Origin: Daphnia carinata
Taxonomy: Eukaryota
Reading direction: 5' to 3'
Assembly (NCBI RefSeq): GCF_022539665.2
Contig: NC_081333.1
Coordinates: forward strand, 1 to 64,000
Length of the DNA stretch: 64,000 nucleotides
A program made the translations under genes and the position numbers. Positions within the stretch are counted from its first letter, which is position 1, and each line of letters opens with the position of its first letter. The notes beneath the pieces are model-generated. The model ran no database searches. It was not told the origin of the DNA and worked only from the letters and a program-made list of their open reading frames with translations. This document shows, piece by piece, positions 25,101 to 37,482 of this stretch.

Positions 25101-26870
25101 GAATGTAGATATTGAAACTGATTATAACACTATATTCACATTGAATACACGATATTTGATGCTGTTTGAATGTAGATATTGAAACTGATTCTATAACACT
25201 ATATTCACATTGAATACCGTATATTTGATGCTGTTTGAATGTAGATCATGAAACTGATTCTATAACACTATATTCACATTGAATACACGTATATTTTATG
25301 CTGTTTGAATGTAGATATTGAAACTTATTCCATATCACTATATTCACATTGAATACACGTATATTTGATGCTGTTTGAATGTAGATATTGAAACTGATTC
25401 TATAACACTATATTCACATTGAATACACGTATATTTGATGCTGTTTGAATGTAGATATTGAAACTGATTCTATAACACTATATTCACATTGAATACACGT
25501 ATATTTGATGCTGTTTGAATGTAGATCATGAAACTGATTCTATAACACTATATTCACATTGAATACACGTATATTTGATGCTGTTTGAATGTAGATCATG
25601 AAACTGATTCTATAACACTATATTCACATTGAATACACGTATATTTGATGCTGTTTGAATGTAGATATTGAAACTCATTCTATCACACTATATTCACATT
25701 GAATACACGTATATTTGATGCTGTTGAATGTAGATATTGAAACTGATTCTATAACACTATATTCACATTGAATACACGTATATTTGATGCTGTTTGAATG
25801 TAGATATGAAACTCATTGTATCATACACTATATTCACATTGAATACACGTATATTTGATGCTGTTTGAATGTAGATATGTGAAACACATTCTATAACACT
25901 ATATTCACATTGAATACACGTATATTTGATGCTGTTTGAATGTAGATATTGAAACTCATTCTATCACACTATATTCACATTGAATACACGTATATTTGAT
26001 GCTGTTTGAATGTAGATCATGAAACTGATTCTATAACACTATATTCACATTGAATACACGTATATTTGATGCTGTTTGAATGTAGATATGAAACTGATTC
26101 TATAACACTATATTCACATTGAATACACGTATATTTGATGCTGTTTGAATGTAGATATTGAAACTGATTCTATCACACTATATTCACATTGAATACACGT
26201 ATATTTGATGCTGTTTGAATGTAGATCATGAAACTGATTCTATTACACTATATTCACATTGAATACACGTATATTTGATGCTGTTTGAATGTAGATATTG
26301 AAACTGATTCTATAACACTATATTCACATTGAATACACGTATATTTGATGCTGTTTGAATGTAGATCATGAAACTGATTCTATAACACTATATTCACATT
26401 GAATACACGTATATTTGATGCTGTTTGAATGTAGATATGAAACTGATTGTATCACACTATATTCACAATGAATACACGTATATTTGATGCTGTTTGAATG
26501 TAGATCATGAAACTGATTATATAACACTATATTCACATTGAATACACGTATATTTGATGCTGTTTGAATGTAGATATGAAACTGATTCTATAACACTATA
26601 TTCACATTGAATACACGTATATTTGATGCTGTTTGAATGTAGATATTGAAACTCATTCTATAACACTATATTCACATTGAATACACGTATATTTGATGCT
26701 GTTTGAATGTAGATATTGAAACTGATTCTATCACACTATATTCACATTGAATACACGTATATTTGATACTGTTGGAATGTAGATCATTAAACTGATTCTA
26801 TAACACTATATTCACATTGAATACATGTATATTTGATACTGTTTGAATGTAGATCATGAAATTGATTCTA
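16159..26870. repeat. 70-bp satellite array, right block (~154 monomers, ends at the gap)
   Basis: Same monomer as 4838-10902; the register continues across the copia insertion. Confidence 0.98.
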
Positions 26871-26970
26871 NNNNNNNNNNNNNNNNNNNNNNNNNNNNNN
26901 NNNNNNNNNNNNNNNNNNNNNNNNNNNNNNNNNNNNNNNNNNNNNNNNNNNNNNNNNNNNNNNNNNNNNN
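26871..26970. other. Assembly gap (100 N)
   Basis: Run of 100 N. Confidence 1.
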
Positions 26971-29313
26971 TCCCACCGTTCTATCTCTAACCGTTCAAAA
27001 GTTAGCATTTTAAAATTTTTCAAAGCCATCTAGCGGTCGCATTTCAAGTTATAATTAAATCAAACACATCTCAATCGACGTAACTTTTCATTCTGCGTCG
27101 AATGGATTCATTCCCACCGGTCTATCTCTAACCGTTCAAAAGTTAGTATTTTTAAATTTTTCAAAGCCATCTAGCGGTCGCATTTCAAGTTATAATTAAA
27201 TCAAACACATCTCAATCGGCGTAACTTTTCATTTTGCGTCGAATGGATTCATTCCCAGCGTTCTAGCACACACGGTTCAAAAGTTAGCATTTTAAAATTT
27301 TTCAAAGCCATCTAGCGGTCGCATTTCAAGTTATAATTAAATCAAACACATCTCAATCGACGTAACTTTTCATTTTGCGTCGAATGGATTCATTCCCAGC
27401 GTTCTATCTCTACCGTTCAAAAGTTAGCATTTTAAAATTTTTCAAAGCCATCTAGCGGTCGCATTTCAAGTTATAATTAAATCAAACACATCTCAATCGA
27501 CGTAACTTTTCATTCTGCGTCGAATGGATTCATTTTCATCGTTCTATCTCTAACCGTTCAAAAGTTAGCATTTTTAAAATTTTCAAAGCCATCTAGCGGT
27601 CGCATTTCAAGTTATAATTAAATCAAACACATCTCAATCGACGTAACTTTTCATTCTGCGTCGAATGGATTCATTTTCATCGTTCTATCTCTAACCGTTC
27701 AAAAGTTAGCATTTTTAAATTTTTCAAAGCCATCTAGCGGTCGCATTTCAAGTTATAATTAAATCAAACACATCTCAATCGACGTAACTTTTCATTCTGC
27801 GTCGAATGGATTCATTTTCACCGTTCTATCTCTAATCGTTCAAAAGTTAGCATTTTTAAATTTTTCAAAGCCATCTAGCGGTCGCATTTCAAGTTATAAT
27901 TAAATCAAACACATCTCAATCAACGTAACTTTTCATTCTGCGTCGAATGGATTCCTTTTCACCGTTCTATCTCTAACCGTTCAAAAAATAGCATTTTTAA
28001 ATTTTTCAAAGCCATCTAGCGGTCGCATTTCAAGTTATAATTAAATCAAACAAATCTCAATCGACGTAACTTTTCATTCTGCGTCGAATGGATTCATTTT
28101 CACCGTTCTATCTCTAACCGTTCAAAAGTTAGCATTTTAAAAATTTTAAAAGCCATCTAGCGGTCGCATTTCAAGTTATAATTAAATCAAACACATCTCA
28201 ATCGACGTAACTTTTCATTCTGCGTCGAATGGATTCATTTTCACCGTTCTATCTCTAACCGTTCAAAAGTTAGCATTTTTAAATTTTTCAAAGCCATCTA
28301 GCGGTCGCATTTCAAGTTATAATTAAATCAAAAACATCTCAATCGACGTAACTTTTCATTCTGCGTCGAATGGATTCATTTTCACCGTTCTATCTCTGAC
28401 CGTTCAAAAGTTAGCATTTTAAAATTTTTCAAAGCCATCTAGCGGTCGCATTTCAAGTTATAATTAAATCAAACACATCTCAATCGACGTAACTTTTCAT
28501 TCTGCGTCGAATGGATTCATTTTCACCGTTCTATCTCTAACCGTTCAAAAGTTAGCATTTTTAAATTTTTCAAAGCCATCTAGCGGTCGCATTTCAAGTT
28601 ATAATTAAATCAAACACATCTCAATCGACGTAACTTTTCATTTTGCGTCGAATGGATTCATTCCCAGCGTTCTATCTCTAACCGTTCAAAAGTTAGCATT
28701 TTTAAATTTTTCAAAGCCATCTAGCGGTCGCATTTCAAGTTATAATTAAATCAAACACATCTCAATCGACGTAACTTTTCATTCTGCGTCGAATGGATTC
28801 ATTCCCAGCGTTCTATCTCTAACTGTTCAAAAGTTAGCATTTTTAAATTTTTCAAAGCCATCTAGCGGTCGCATTTCAAGTTATAATTAAATCAAACACA
28901 TCTCAATCGACGAACTTTTCATTCTGCGTCGAATGGATTCATTTTCACCGTTCTATCTCTAACCGTTCAAAAGTTAGCATTTTTAAATTTTTCAAAGCCA
29001 TCTAGCGGTCGCATTTCAAGTTATAATTAAATCAAACACATCTCAATCGACGTATCTTTTCATTCTGCGTCGAATGGATTCATTCCCAGCGTTCTAGCAT
29101 ATAACCGTTCAAAAGTTAGCATTTTTAAATTTTTCAAAGCCATCTAGCGGTCGCATTTAAAGTTATAATTAAATCAAACACATCTCAATCGACGTAACTT
29201 TTCATTCTGCGTCGAATGGATTCATTTTCACCGTTCTATCTCTAACCGTTAAAAAGTTAGCATTTTTAAATTTTTCAAACCCATCTAGCAGTCGCATTTC
29301 AAGTTATAATTAA
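26971..29313. repeat. 141-bp satellite (~16.5 monomers)
   Basis: TCCCACC recurs at 26971 and 27112. Monomer contains CTATCTCTAACCGTTCAAAAGTTAGC, GCCATCTAGCGG and the hairpin TCGACG...CGTCGA. Confidence 0.97.
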
Positions 29314-31670
29314 AAAATTATATCAATAAAACTAGATAACTGTATACGATTTAGATGCTAAATTTAACAAGAATCACGAATACGAAATTACTTTTTATGT
29401 TGACTTCATGGTTTTTGAGTTATTTTAAATATAAAAGTAAGTACGATAGAAATTTAAGGCCCGACAAAACAATAAACCCGATTTTTAACTAAAAAATTAT
29501 TATCAATAAAACTAGATAACTACATATGATTTACATGCTAAATTTAACAACAATCAACAACAATCACGAAAATGAAAATTATTTTTGCAATGGTACCAAT
29601 CCATAAATGAAAACCTTGCAATTTATGATTGACATAGTTTCTATGTAGACTTTATGGTTTTTGAGTTATTTTAAATATAAAAGTAGGTATGATAGAAATT
29701 TAAGGCCCGATTCCCGACGCTGTGATGTTCGTTTTCTGTGTTGTCAGAATAAGTTTTCCTATGTTAAGCATCCGTATTTTTAAAGAAAGTGATGATGGTC
29801 CGAATCGCAGAGGAATCGTTTAATTTTCGTTTTTCTTCGTATTTCCCGAAAGAAACTAACAAATCCAATGAGAAACGAACAGCACACAGGGTGTTGTCGA
29901 AGAGGAACACGTAGTCAAGATTCTGAGAAAAAATTTGAAATTCTAGACAATGCTCTGCAGCAATGTGTTTGTTGTAAGATTTATTTTCTATATTGGCATA
30001 ATAGAATAATTAGAAAATCATGATTTTTTTTTCTTCCTTTTAGGTTTTTGACTTCGTTTAATGTTGTGGCTGAATGGACAATGAGAGATTGAATCAACAA
30101 CATAACAAGCGGGCAGCTCATGGTCATGGTCAAACTCATTAAGGCATAAAGGTATCATTTAATTGGGAAATATTTGTTCACGTCAATACAAGTATTTGTA
30201 TAGGTTTTCTTCATAGGGGCTTTAGCCACCAAACATTTTTTCTTCTTTATGGTTTGTTAGATAAGGGTGGAGGCGGCTTTAACAATTTAGATCTAGCAGC
30301 TATTAGACTGGTGGTGTTGGCCCAGTGAATCTTATTGTCTTCAAGCTGGGTGAAAAAACAATGAGTATTTAGTTATCAAAATTACCTGAGGCATGTGCAA
30401 ATATTCAAATAATTCTTTGTTGAAGTTCAGTTAGTTTCGTGCAACATCCTCACAAAAATGCAACAAGACTTAACAAATAGAGCATATAGACGCAGTGTCG
30501 AACTGTACCAGTGAGTACCAGAGTAATGTGACAAACATTCATGATGGTGATTAATCTTCACACAGCTAACATTTAGTTGGTACTATTATGTGTTTTATAA
30601 ATTTAGTTATAATTTTATTCAGCTTGTTATTTAGTGGAATATAATTTATTTCAGTTTTTCTGATGCAGTTTGGAAGCCACTTGGAGTAAGCCTTTCGTCA
30701 GTTACTCACAAAAAAAGATTGGCAAATCTAGTCCTGGAGATCACTTTTTTTGTCAAGGAAATACTGGAAATTGGTATTGAAAAGGTCATTAACAGACAAT
30801 TTTTGTATTTTATCAGTTTATTCCTATATTTAACATGGTTGTTTAGAAATGCTATTGGAGTCTAAAAGCACTTGACAAAAAACCTTTTGATTGTTCTCGT
30901 ATTAGATGGAAATTACTTGTGCAATGGTACCAATCCATAAATGAAAACAATCTATTAGACAAAAATTTATGATTGACTGATCATAATCTGTGTAAATTTA
31001 TATATAATTCTAGGTATTCAACCATGGAATGACCAGCTCTCTGCAGAGTGAAAATCTACTTGACAGCGTTAAACCTGTTAAGTACCTTTTACAAAAAATT
31101 CTGAGAATTGCAAAAGTTATGTGAACAAATTTTGTATTGGAGAAATTCTAGGTAAAATGAAAGCCATTTCACAATACAGCTGAATAGCTATGAAACACAA
31201 CCAATCCAGGAACTGAGTGTGTTGAACAACCAAACTTATCTTGGAGAGCTGCAGAAAGAGAATGGAACATTACCCTGCCAAACACCTGCTTCCAAATGGT
31301 AGTTTTAATTATTTGTTTTTACAAGATATATTCAGTCAATTCTTCGAAAACTGTTCTTTTTCGCAGGTCAATGGCAGGGGTCTTATTCACTGTCTGATGA
31401 ATTTAAGTTTAAACAAGATATTGCTTTTGATTACTTCTGCTGGTAACTTTTATATTCCTAGTTAGGATATGGCTTTCCTCAAAAAGGGTTTAAACTAACA
31501 TCTAACTTTTTTTTCTTCTTCTCAAAAGAGCTGCTGAGGAAGTTAGCTAGAGTGACGTAGATGTGTCATCACAGCAGAATAACTGTAAAAAGCAAGTTCT
31601 TCAGCAAAATGAGTGCCTTGCAGTATTTACCACTATTGAACTTTGAGCTGATGATACCTGGTAAACCTGC

Positions 31671-32827
31671 AATTTGTTTTTATGTAGACTTCATGGTTTT
31701 TGAATTATTTCAAAAATAAAAGTAGGTACGATAGAAATTTAAGGCCCGAAAAAACAATAAGCCCGACTTTTAACTAAAAAATTATTATCAATAAAAATAG
31801 ATAACTATATATGATTTAGATGCTAAATTGAACAACAATCCCGAATATGAAATTAGTTTTTATGTAGATTTTATGGTTTTTGAGTTATTTTAAATATAAA
31901 AGTAGGTACGATAGAAATTCAAGGCCCGACAAAACATTAAACCCGACTTTTAACTAAAAAATTAATATCAATAAAACTGGATAACTATAAATGATTTAGA
32001 TGCTAAATTTAACAAGAATCACGAATATGAAATTAGTTTTTATGTAGGCCTAATGGTTTGTGAGTTATTTTAAATTTAAAAGTAGGTACGATAGAAATTT
32101 AAGGCCCGAAAAACAATAAGCCCAACTTCTAACTAAAAAATTATTATCAATAAAACTAGATAACTATGTACGATTTAGATGCTAAATTTAACAAGAATCA
32201 CGAATATCAAATTAGTTTTTATGTAGACTTCATGGTTTTTGAGTTATTTTAAATATAAAAATAAGTACGATAGAAATTTAAGGCCCGACAAAACAATAAA
32301 CCTGATTTTTAACTAAAAAATTAATATCAATAAAACTAGATAACTATAAATGATTTAGATGCTAAATTTAACAAGAATCACGAATATGAAATTACTATTT
32401 ATGTAGGCCTAATGGTTTGTGAGTTATTTTAAATTTAAAAGTAGGTACGATAGAAATTTAAGGCCCGAAAAACAATAAGCCCAACTTTTAACTAAAAAAT
32501 TATTATCAATAAAACTAGATAACTATATACGATTTAGATGCTAAATTTAACAAGAATCACGAATATCAAATTAGTTTTTATGTAGACTTCATGGTTTTTG
32601 AGTTATTTTAAATATAAAAGTAAGTACGATAGAAATTTAAGGCCCGACAAAACAATAAACCCGATTTTTAACTAAAAAATTATTATCAATAAAACTAGAT
32701 AACTACATATGATTTACATGCTAAATTTAACAACAATCACGAAAATGAAATTAGTTTCTATGTAGACTTTATGGTTTTTGAGTTATTTTAAATATAAAAG
32801 TAGGTATGATAGAAATTTAAGGCCCGA
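31671..32827. repeat. 180-bp tandem repeat block (~6.4 copies)
   Basis: AAGGCCCGA...TAACTAAAAAATT at 31741, 31921 and 32101; ~2 more copies at 29314-29710. Confidence 0.95.
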
Positions 32828-34782
32828 TTCCCGACGCTGTGATGTTCGTTTTCTGTGTTGTCAGAATAAGTTTTCCTATGTTAAGCATCCGTATTTTTAA
32901 AGAAAGTGATGATGGTCCGAATCGCAGAGGAATCGTTTAATTTTCGTTTTTCTTCGTATTTCCCGAAAGAAACTAACAAATCCAATGAGAAACGAACAGC
33001 ACACAGGGTGTTGTCGAAGAGGAACACGTAGTCAAGATTCTGAGAAAAAATTTGAAATTCTAGACAATGCTCTGCAGCAATGTGTTTGTTGTAAGATTTA
33101 TTTTCTATATTGGCATAATAGAATAATTAGAAAATCATGATTTTTTTTCTTCCTTTTAGGTTTTTGACTTCGTTTAATGTTGTGGCTGAATGGACAATGA
33201 GAGATTGAATCAACAACATAACAAGCGGGCAGCTCATGGTCAAACTCATTTGGCATAAAGGTATCATTTAATTGGGAAATATTTGTTCACGTCAATACAA
33301 GTATTTGTATAGGTTTTCTTCATAGGGGCTTTAGCCACCAAACATTTTTTCTTCTTTATGGTTTGTTAGATAAGGGTGGAGGCGGCTTTAACAATTTAGA
33401 TCTAGCAGCTATTAGACTGGTGGTGTTGGCCCAGTGAATCTTATTGTCTTCAAGCTGGGTGAAAAAACAATGAGTATTTAGTTATCAAAATTACCTGAGG
33501 CATGTGCAAATATTCAAATAATTCTTTGTTGAAGTTCAGTTAGTTTCGTGCAACATCCTCACAAAAATGCAACAAGACTTAACAAATAGAGCATATAGAC
33601 GCAGTGTCGAACTGTACCAGTGAGTACCAGAGTAATGTGACAAACATTCATGATGGTGATTAATCTTCACACAGCTAACATTTAGTTGGTACTATTATGT
33701 GTTTTATAAATTTAGTTATAATTTTATTCAGCTTGTTATTTAGTGGAATATAATTTATTTCAGTTTTTCTGATGCAGTTTGGAAGCCACTTGGAGTAAGC
33801 CTTTCGTCAGTTACTCACAAAAAAAGATTGGCAAATCTAGTCCTGGAGATCACTTTTTTTGTCAAGGAAATACTGGAAATTGGTATTGAAAAGGTCATTA
33901 ACAGACAATTTTTGTATTTTATCAGTTTATTCCTATATTTAACATGGTTGTTTAGAAATGCTATTGGAGTCTAAAAGCACTTGACAAAAAACCTTTTGAT
34001 TGTTCTCGTATTAGATGGAAATTACTTGTGCAATGGTACCAATCCATAAATGAAAACAATCTATTAGACAAAAATTTATGATTGACTGATCATAATCTGT
34101 GTAAATTTATATATAATTCTAGGTATTCAACCATGGAATGACCAGCTCTCTGCAGAGTGAAAATCTACTTGACAGCGTTAAACCTGTTAAGTACCTTTTA
34201 CAAAAAATTCTGAGAATTGCAAAAGTTATGTGAACAAATTTTGTATTGGAGAAATTCTAGGTAAAATGAAAGCCATTTCACAATACAGCTGAATAGCTAT
34301 GAAACACAACCAATCCAGGAACTGAGTGTGTTGAACAACCAAACTTATCTTGGAGAGCTGCAGAAAGAGAATGGAACATTACCCTGCCAAACACCTGCTT
34401 CCAAATGGTAGTTTTAATTATTTGTTTTTACAAGGTATATTCAGTCAATTCTTCGAAAACTGTTCTTTTTCGCAGGTCAATGGCAGGGGTCTTATTCACT
34501 GTCTGATGAATTTAAGTTTAAACAAGATATTGCTTTTGATTACTTCTGCTGGTAACTTTTATATTCCTAGTTAGGATATGGCTTTCCTCAAAAAGGGTTT
34601 AAACTAACATCTAACTTTTTTTTCTTCTTCTCAAAAGAGCTGCTGAGGAAGTTAGCTAGAGTGACGTAGATGTGTCATCACAGCAGAATAACTGTAAAAA
34701 GCAAGTTCTTCAGCAAAATGAGTGCCTTGCAGTATTTACCACTATTGAACGATTTTGAGCTGATGATACCTGGTAAACCTGC

Positions 34783-35936
34783 AATTTGTTTTTATGTAGA
34801 CTTCATGGTTTTTGAATTATTTCAAAAATAAAAGTAGGTACGATAGAAATTTAAGGCCCGAAAAAACAATAAGCCCGACTTTTAACTAAAAAATTATTAT
34901 CAATAAAAATAGATAACTATATATGATTTAGATGCTAAATTGAACAACAATCCCGAATATGAAATTAGTTTTTATGTAGATTTTATGGTTTTTGAGTTAT
35001 TTTAAATATAAAAGTAGGTACGATAGAAATTCAAGGCCCGACAAAACATTAAACCCGACTTTTAACTAAAAAATTAATATCAATAAAACTGGATAACTAT
35101 AAATGATTTAGATGCTAAATTTAACAAGAATCACGAATAAATTAGTTTTTATGTAGGCCTAATGGTTTGTGAGTTATTTTAAATTTAAAAGTAGGTACGA
35201 TAGAAATTTAAGGCCCGAAAAACAATAAGCCCAACTTCTAACTAAAAAATTATTATCAATAAAACTAGATAACTATGTACGATTTAGATGCTAAATTTAA
35301 CAAGAATCACGAATATCAAATTAGTTTTTATGTAGACTTCATGGTTTTTGAGTTATTTTAAATATAAAAATAAGTACGATAGAAATTTAAGGCCCGACAA
35401 AACAATAAACCTGATTTTTAACTAAAAAATTAATATCAATAAAACTAGATAACTATAAATGATTTAGATGCTAAATTTAACAAGAATCACGAATATGAAA
35501 TTACTATTTATGTAGGCCTAATGGTTTGTGAGTTATTTTAAATTTAAAAGTAGGTACGATAGAAATTTAAGGCCCGAAAAACAATAAGCCCAACTTTTAA
35601 CTAAAAAATTATTATCAATAAAACTAGATAACTATATACGATTTAGATGCTAAATTTAACAAGAATCACGAATATCAAATTAGTTTTTATGTAGACTTCA
35701 TGGTTTTTGAGTTATTTTAAATATAAAAGTAAGTACGATAGAAATTTAAGGCCCGACAAAACAATAAACCCGATTTTTAACTAAAAAATTATTATCAATA
35801 AAACTAGATAACTACATATGATTTACATGCTAAATTTAACAACAATCACGAAAATGAAATTAGTTTCTATGTAGACTTTATGGTTTTTGAGTTATTTTAA
35901 ATATAAAAGTAGGTATGATAGAAATTTAAGGCCCGA
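34783..35936. repeat. 180-bp tandem repeat block (~6.4 copies), duplicate of 31671-32827
   Basis: Same monomers in the same variant order. Confidence 0.95.
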
Positions 35937-37482
35937 TTCCCGACGCTGTGATGTTCGTTTTCTGTGTTGTCAGAATAAGTTTTCCTATGTTAAGCATCCG
36001 TATTTTTAAAGAAAGTGATGATGGTCCGAATCGCAGAGGAATCGTTTAATTTTCGTTTTTCTTCGTATTTCCCGAAAGAAACTAACAAATCCAATGAGAA
36101 ACGAACAGCACACAGGGTGTTGTCGAAGAGGAACACGTAGTCAAGATTCTGAGAAAAAATTTGAAATTCTAGACAATGCTCTGCAGCAATGTGTTTGTTG
36201 TAAGATTTATTTTCTATATTGGCATAATAGAATAATTAGAAAATCATGATTTTTTTTTCTTCCTTTTAGGTTTTTGACTTCGTTTAATGTTGTGGCTGAA
36301 TGGACAATGAGAGATTGAATCAACAACATAACAAGCGGGCAGCTCATGGTCAAACTCATTTGGCATAAAGGTATCATTTAATTGGGAAATATTTGTTCAC
36401 GTCAATACAAGTATTTGTATAGGTTTTCTTCATAGGGGCTTTAGCCACCAAACATTTTTTCTTCTTTATGGTTTGTTAGATAAGGGTGGAGGCGGCTTTA
36501 ACAATTTAGATCTAGCAGCTATTAGACTGGTGGTGTTGGCCCAGTGAATCTTATTGTCTTCAAGCTGGGTGAAAAAACAATGAGTATTTAGTTATCAAAA
36601 TTACCTGAGGCATGTGCAAATATTCAAATAATTCTTTGTTGAAGTTCAGTTAGTTTCGTGCAACATCCTCACAAAAATGCAACAAGACTTAACAAATAGA
36701 GCATATAGACACAGTGTCGAACTGTACCAGTGAGTACCAGAGTAATGTGACAAACATTCATGATGGTGATTAATCTTCACACAGCTAACATTTAGTTGGT
36801 ACTATTATGTGTTTTATAAATTTAGTTATAATTTTATTCAGCTTGTTATTTAGTGGAATATAATTTATTTCAGTTTTTCTGATGCAGTTTGGAAGCCACT
36901 TGGAGGAAACCTTTCATCAGTTACCAATAAAAATAGATTGGCAAATCTAACAAATGGTATGCAATCGGTAACAGTTTTATTACAGTTAGAATTACTTTTT
37001 CCTAACATACATTTCAAACTCATTTTTAACACAGTTAACATATATAGTCGCATCACATGAGGGTGGGTGAGGTTTTGTTGCCCATTGCTGAAGTTGTGGG
37101 CAGTTCTTGGTCCATGTCGTAAAGGTATGTGCAGCTAGCAATCGCCCAGTATCTTCCTTTCCCATTTTCCTTTTTGGTCTTACAGTTTGACACTTTCGGC
37201 GTACATACCCCGAGGGAAAAGTGTCTTGTATTAAGTTGAGTTTAAAGCGTGGATGAAGGACCGATTTTTGTAGCGTCATCCAAAGCTATTAGCAATATGC
37301 TGTTGGGTGTCAGAATCATTTACATTATTGCCCAAACTTTGATTGTCTTCCAAAATCGTCTGCTCGATGATACTTTATTCGTGAAAATGCTTAAGCATCT
37401 TTCAGTGTTTCTCCTGTTGAAGCCGAGGCGAATAGCTGAATCACACCTATCATTTCATATTTTTTATGCCTTATCATTGTAT

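Larger units (their letters stand above)
29314..36905. repeat. ~3.1-kb tandem unit (~2.4 near-identical copies): 180-bp repeat block plus ~1.95 kb of gene-like DNA
   Basis: TTCCCGACGCTGTG recurs at 29711, 32828 and 35937; ORFs 31241-31465 and 34350-34574 are duplicates. Confidence 0.95.

Noticed and set aside
4838..26870. CRISPR-like array (constant part plus variable part)
   Set aside because: The variable segment has only a few recurring variants rather than unique spacers; eukaryotic context and no cas genes.
26871..26970. Direct adjacency of the 70-bp and 141-bp satellites
   Set aside because: Separated by a 100-N scaffold gap of unknown true size.
31241..31465. 74-aa ORF repeated three times (also 34350 and 42998)
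   Set aside because: Starts at TTG and runs through intron-like T-rich sequence; the repetition reflects DNA duplication.
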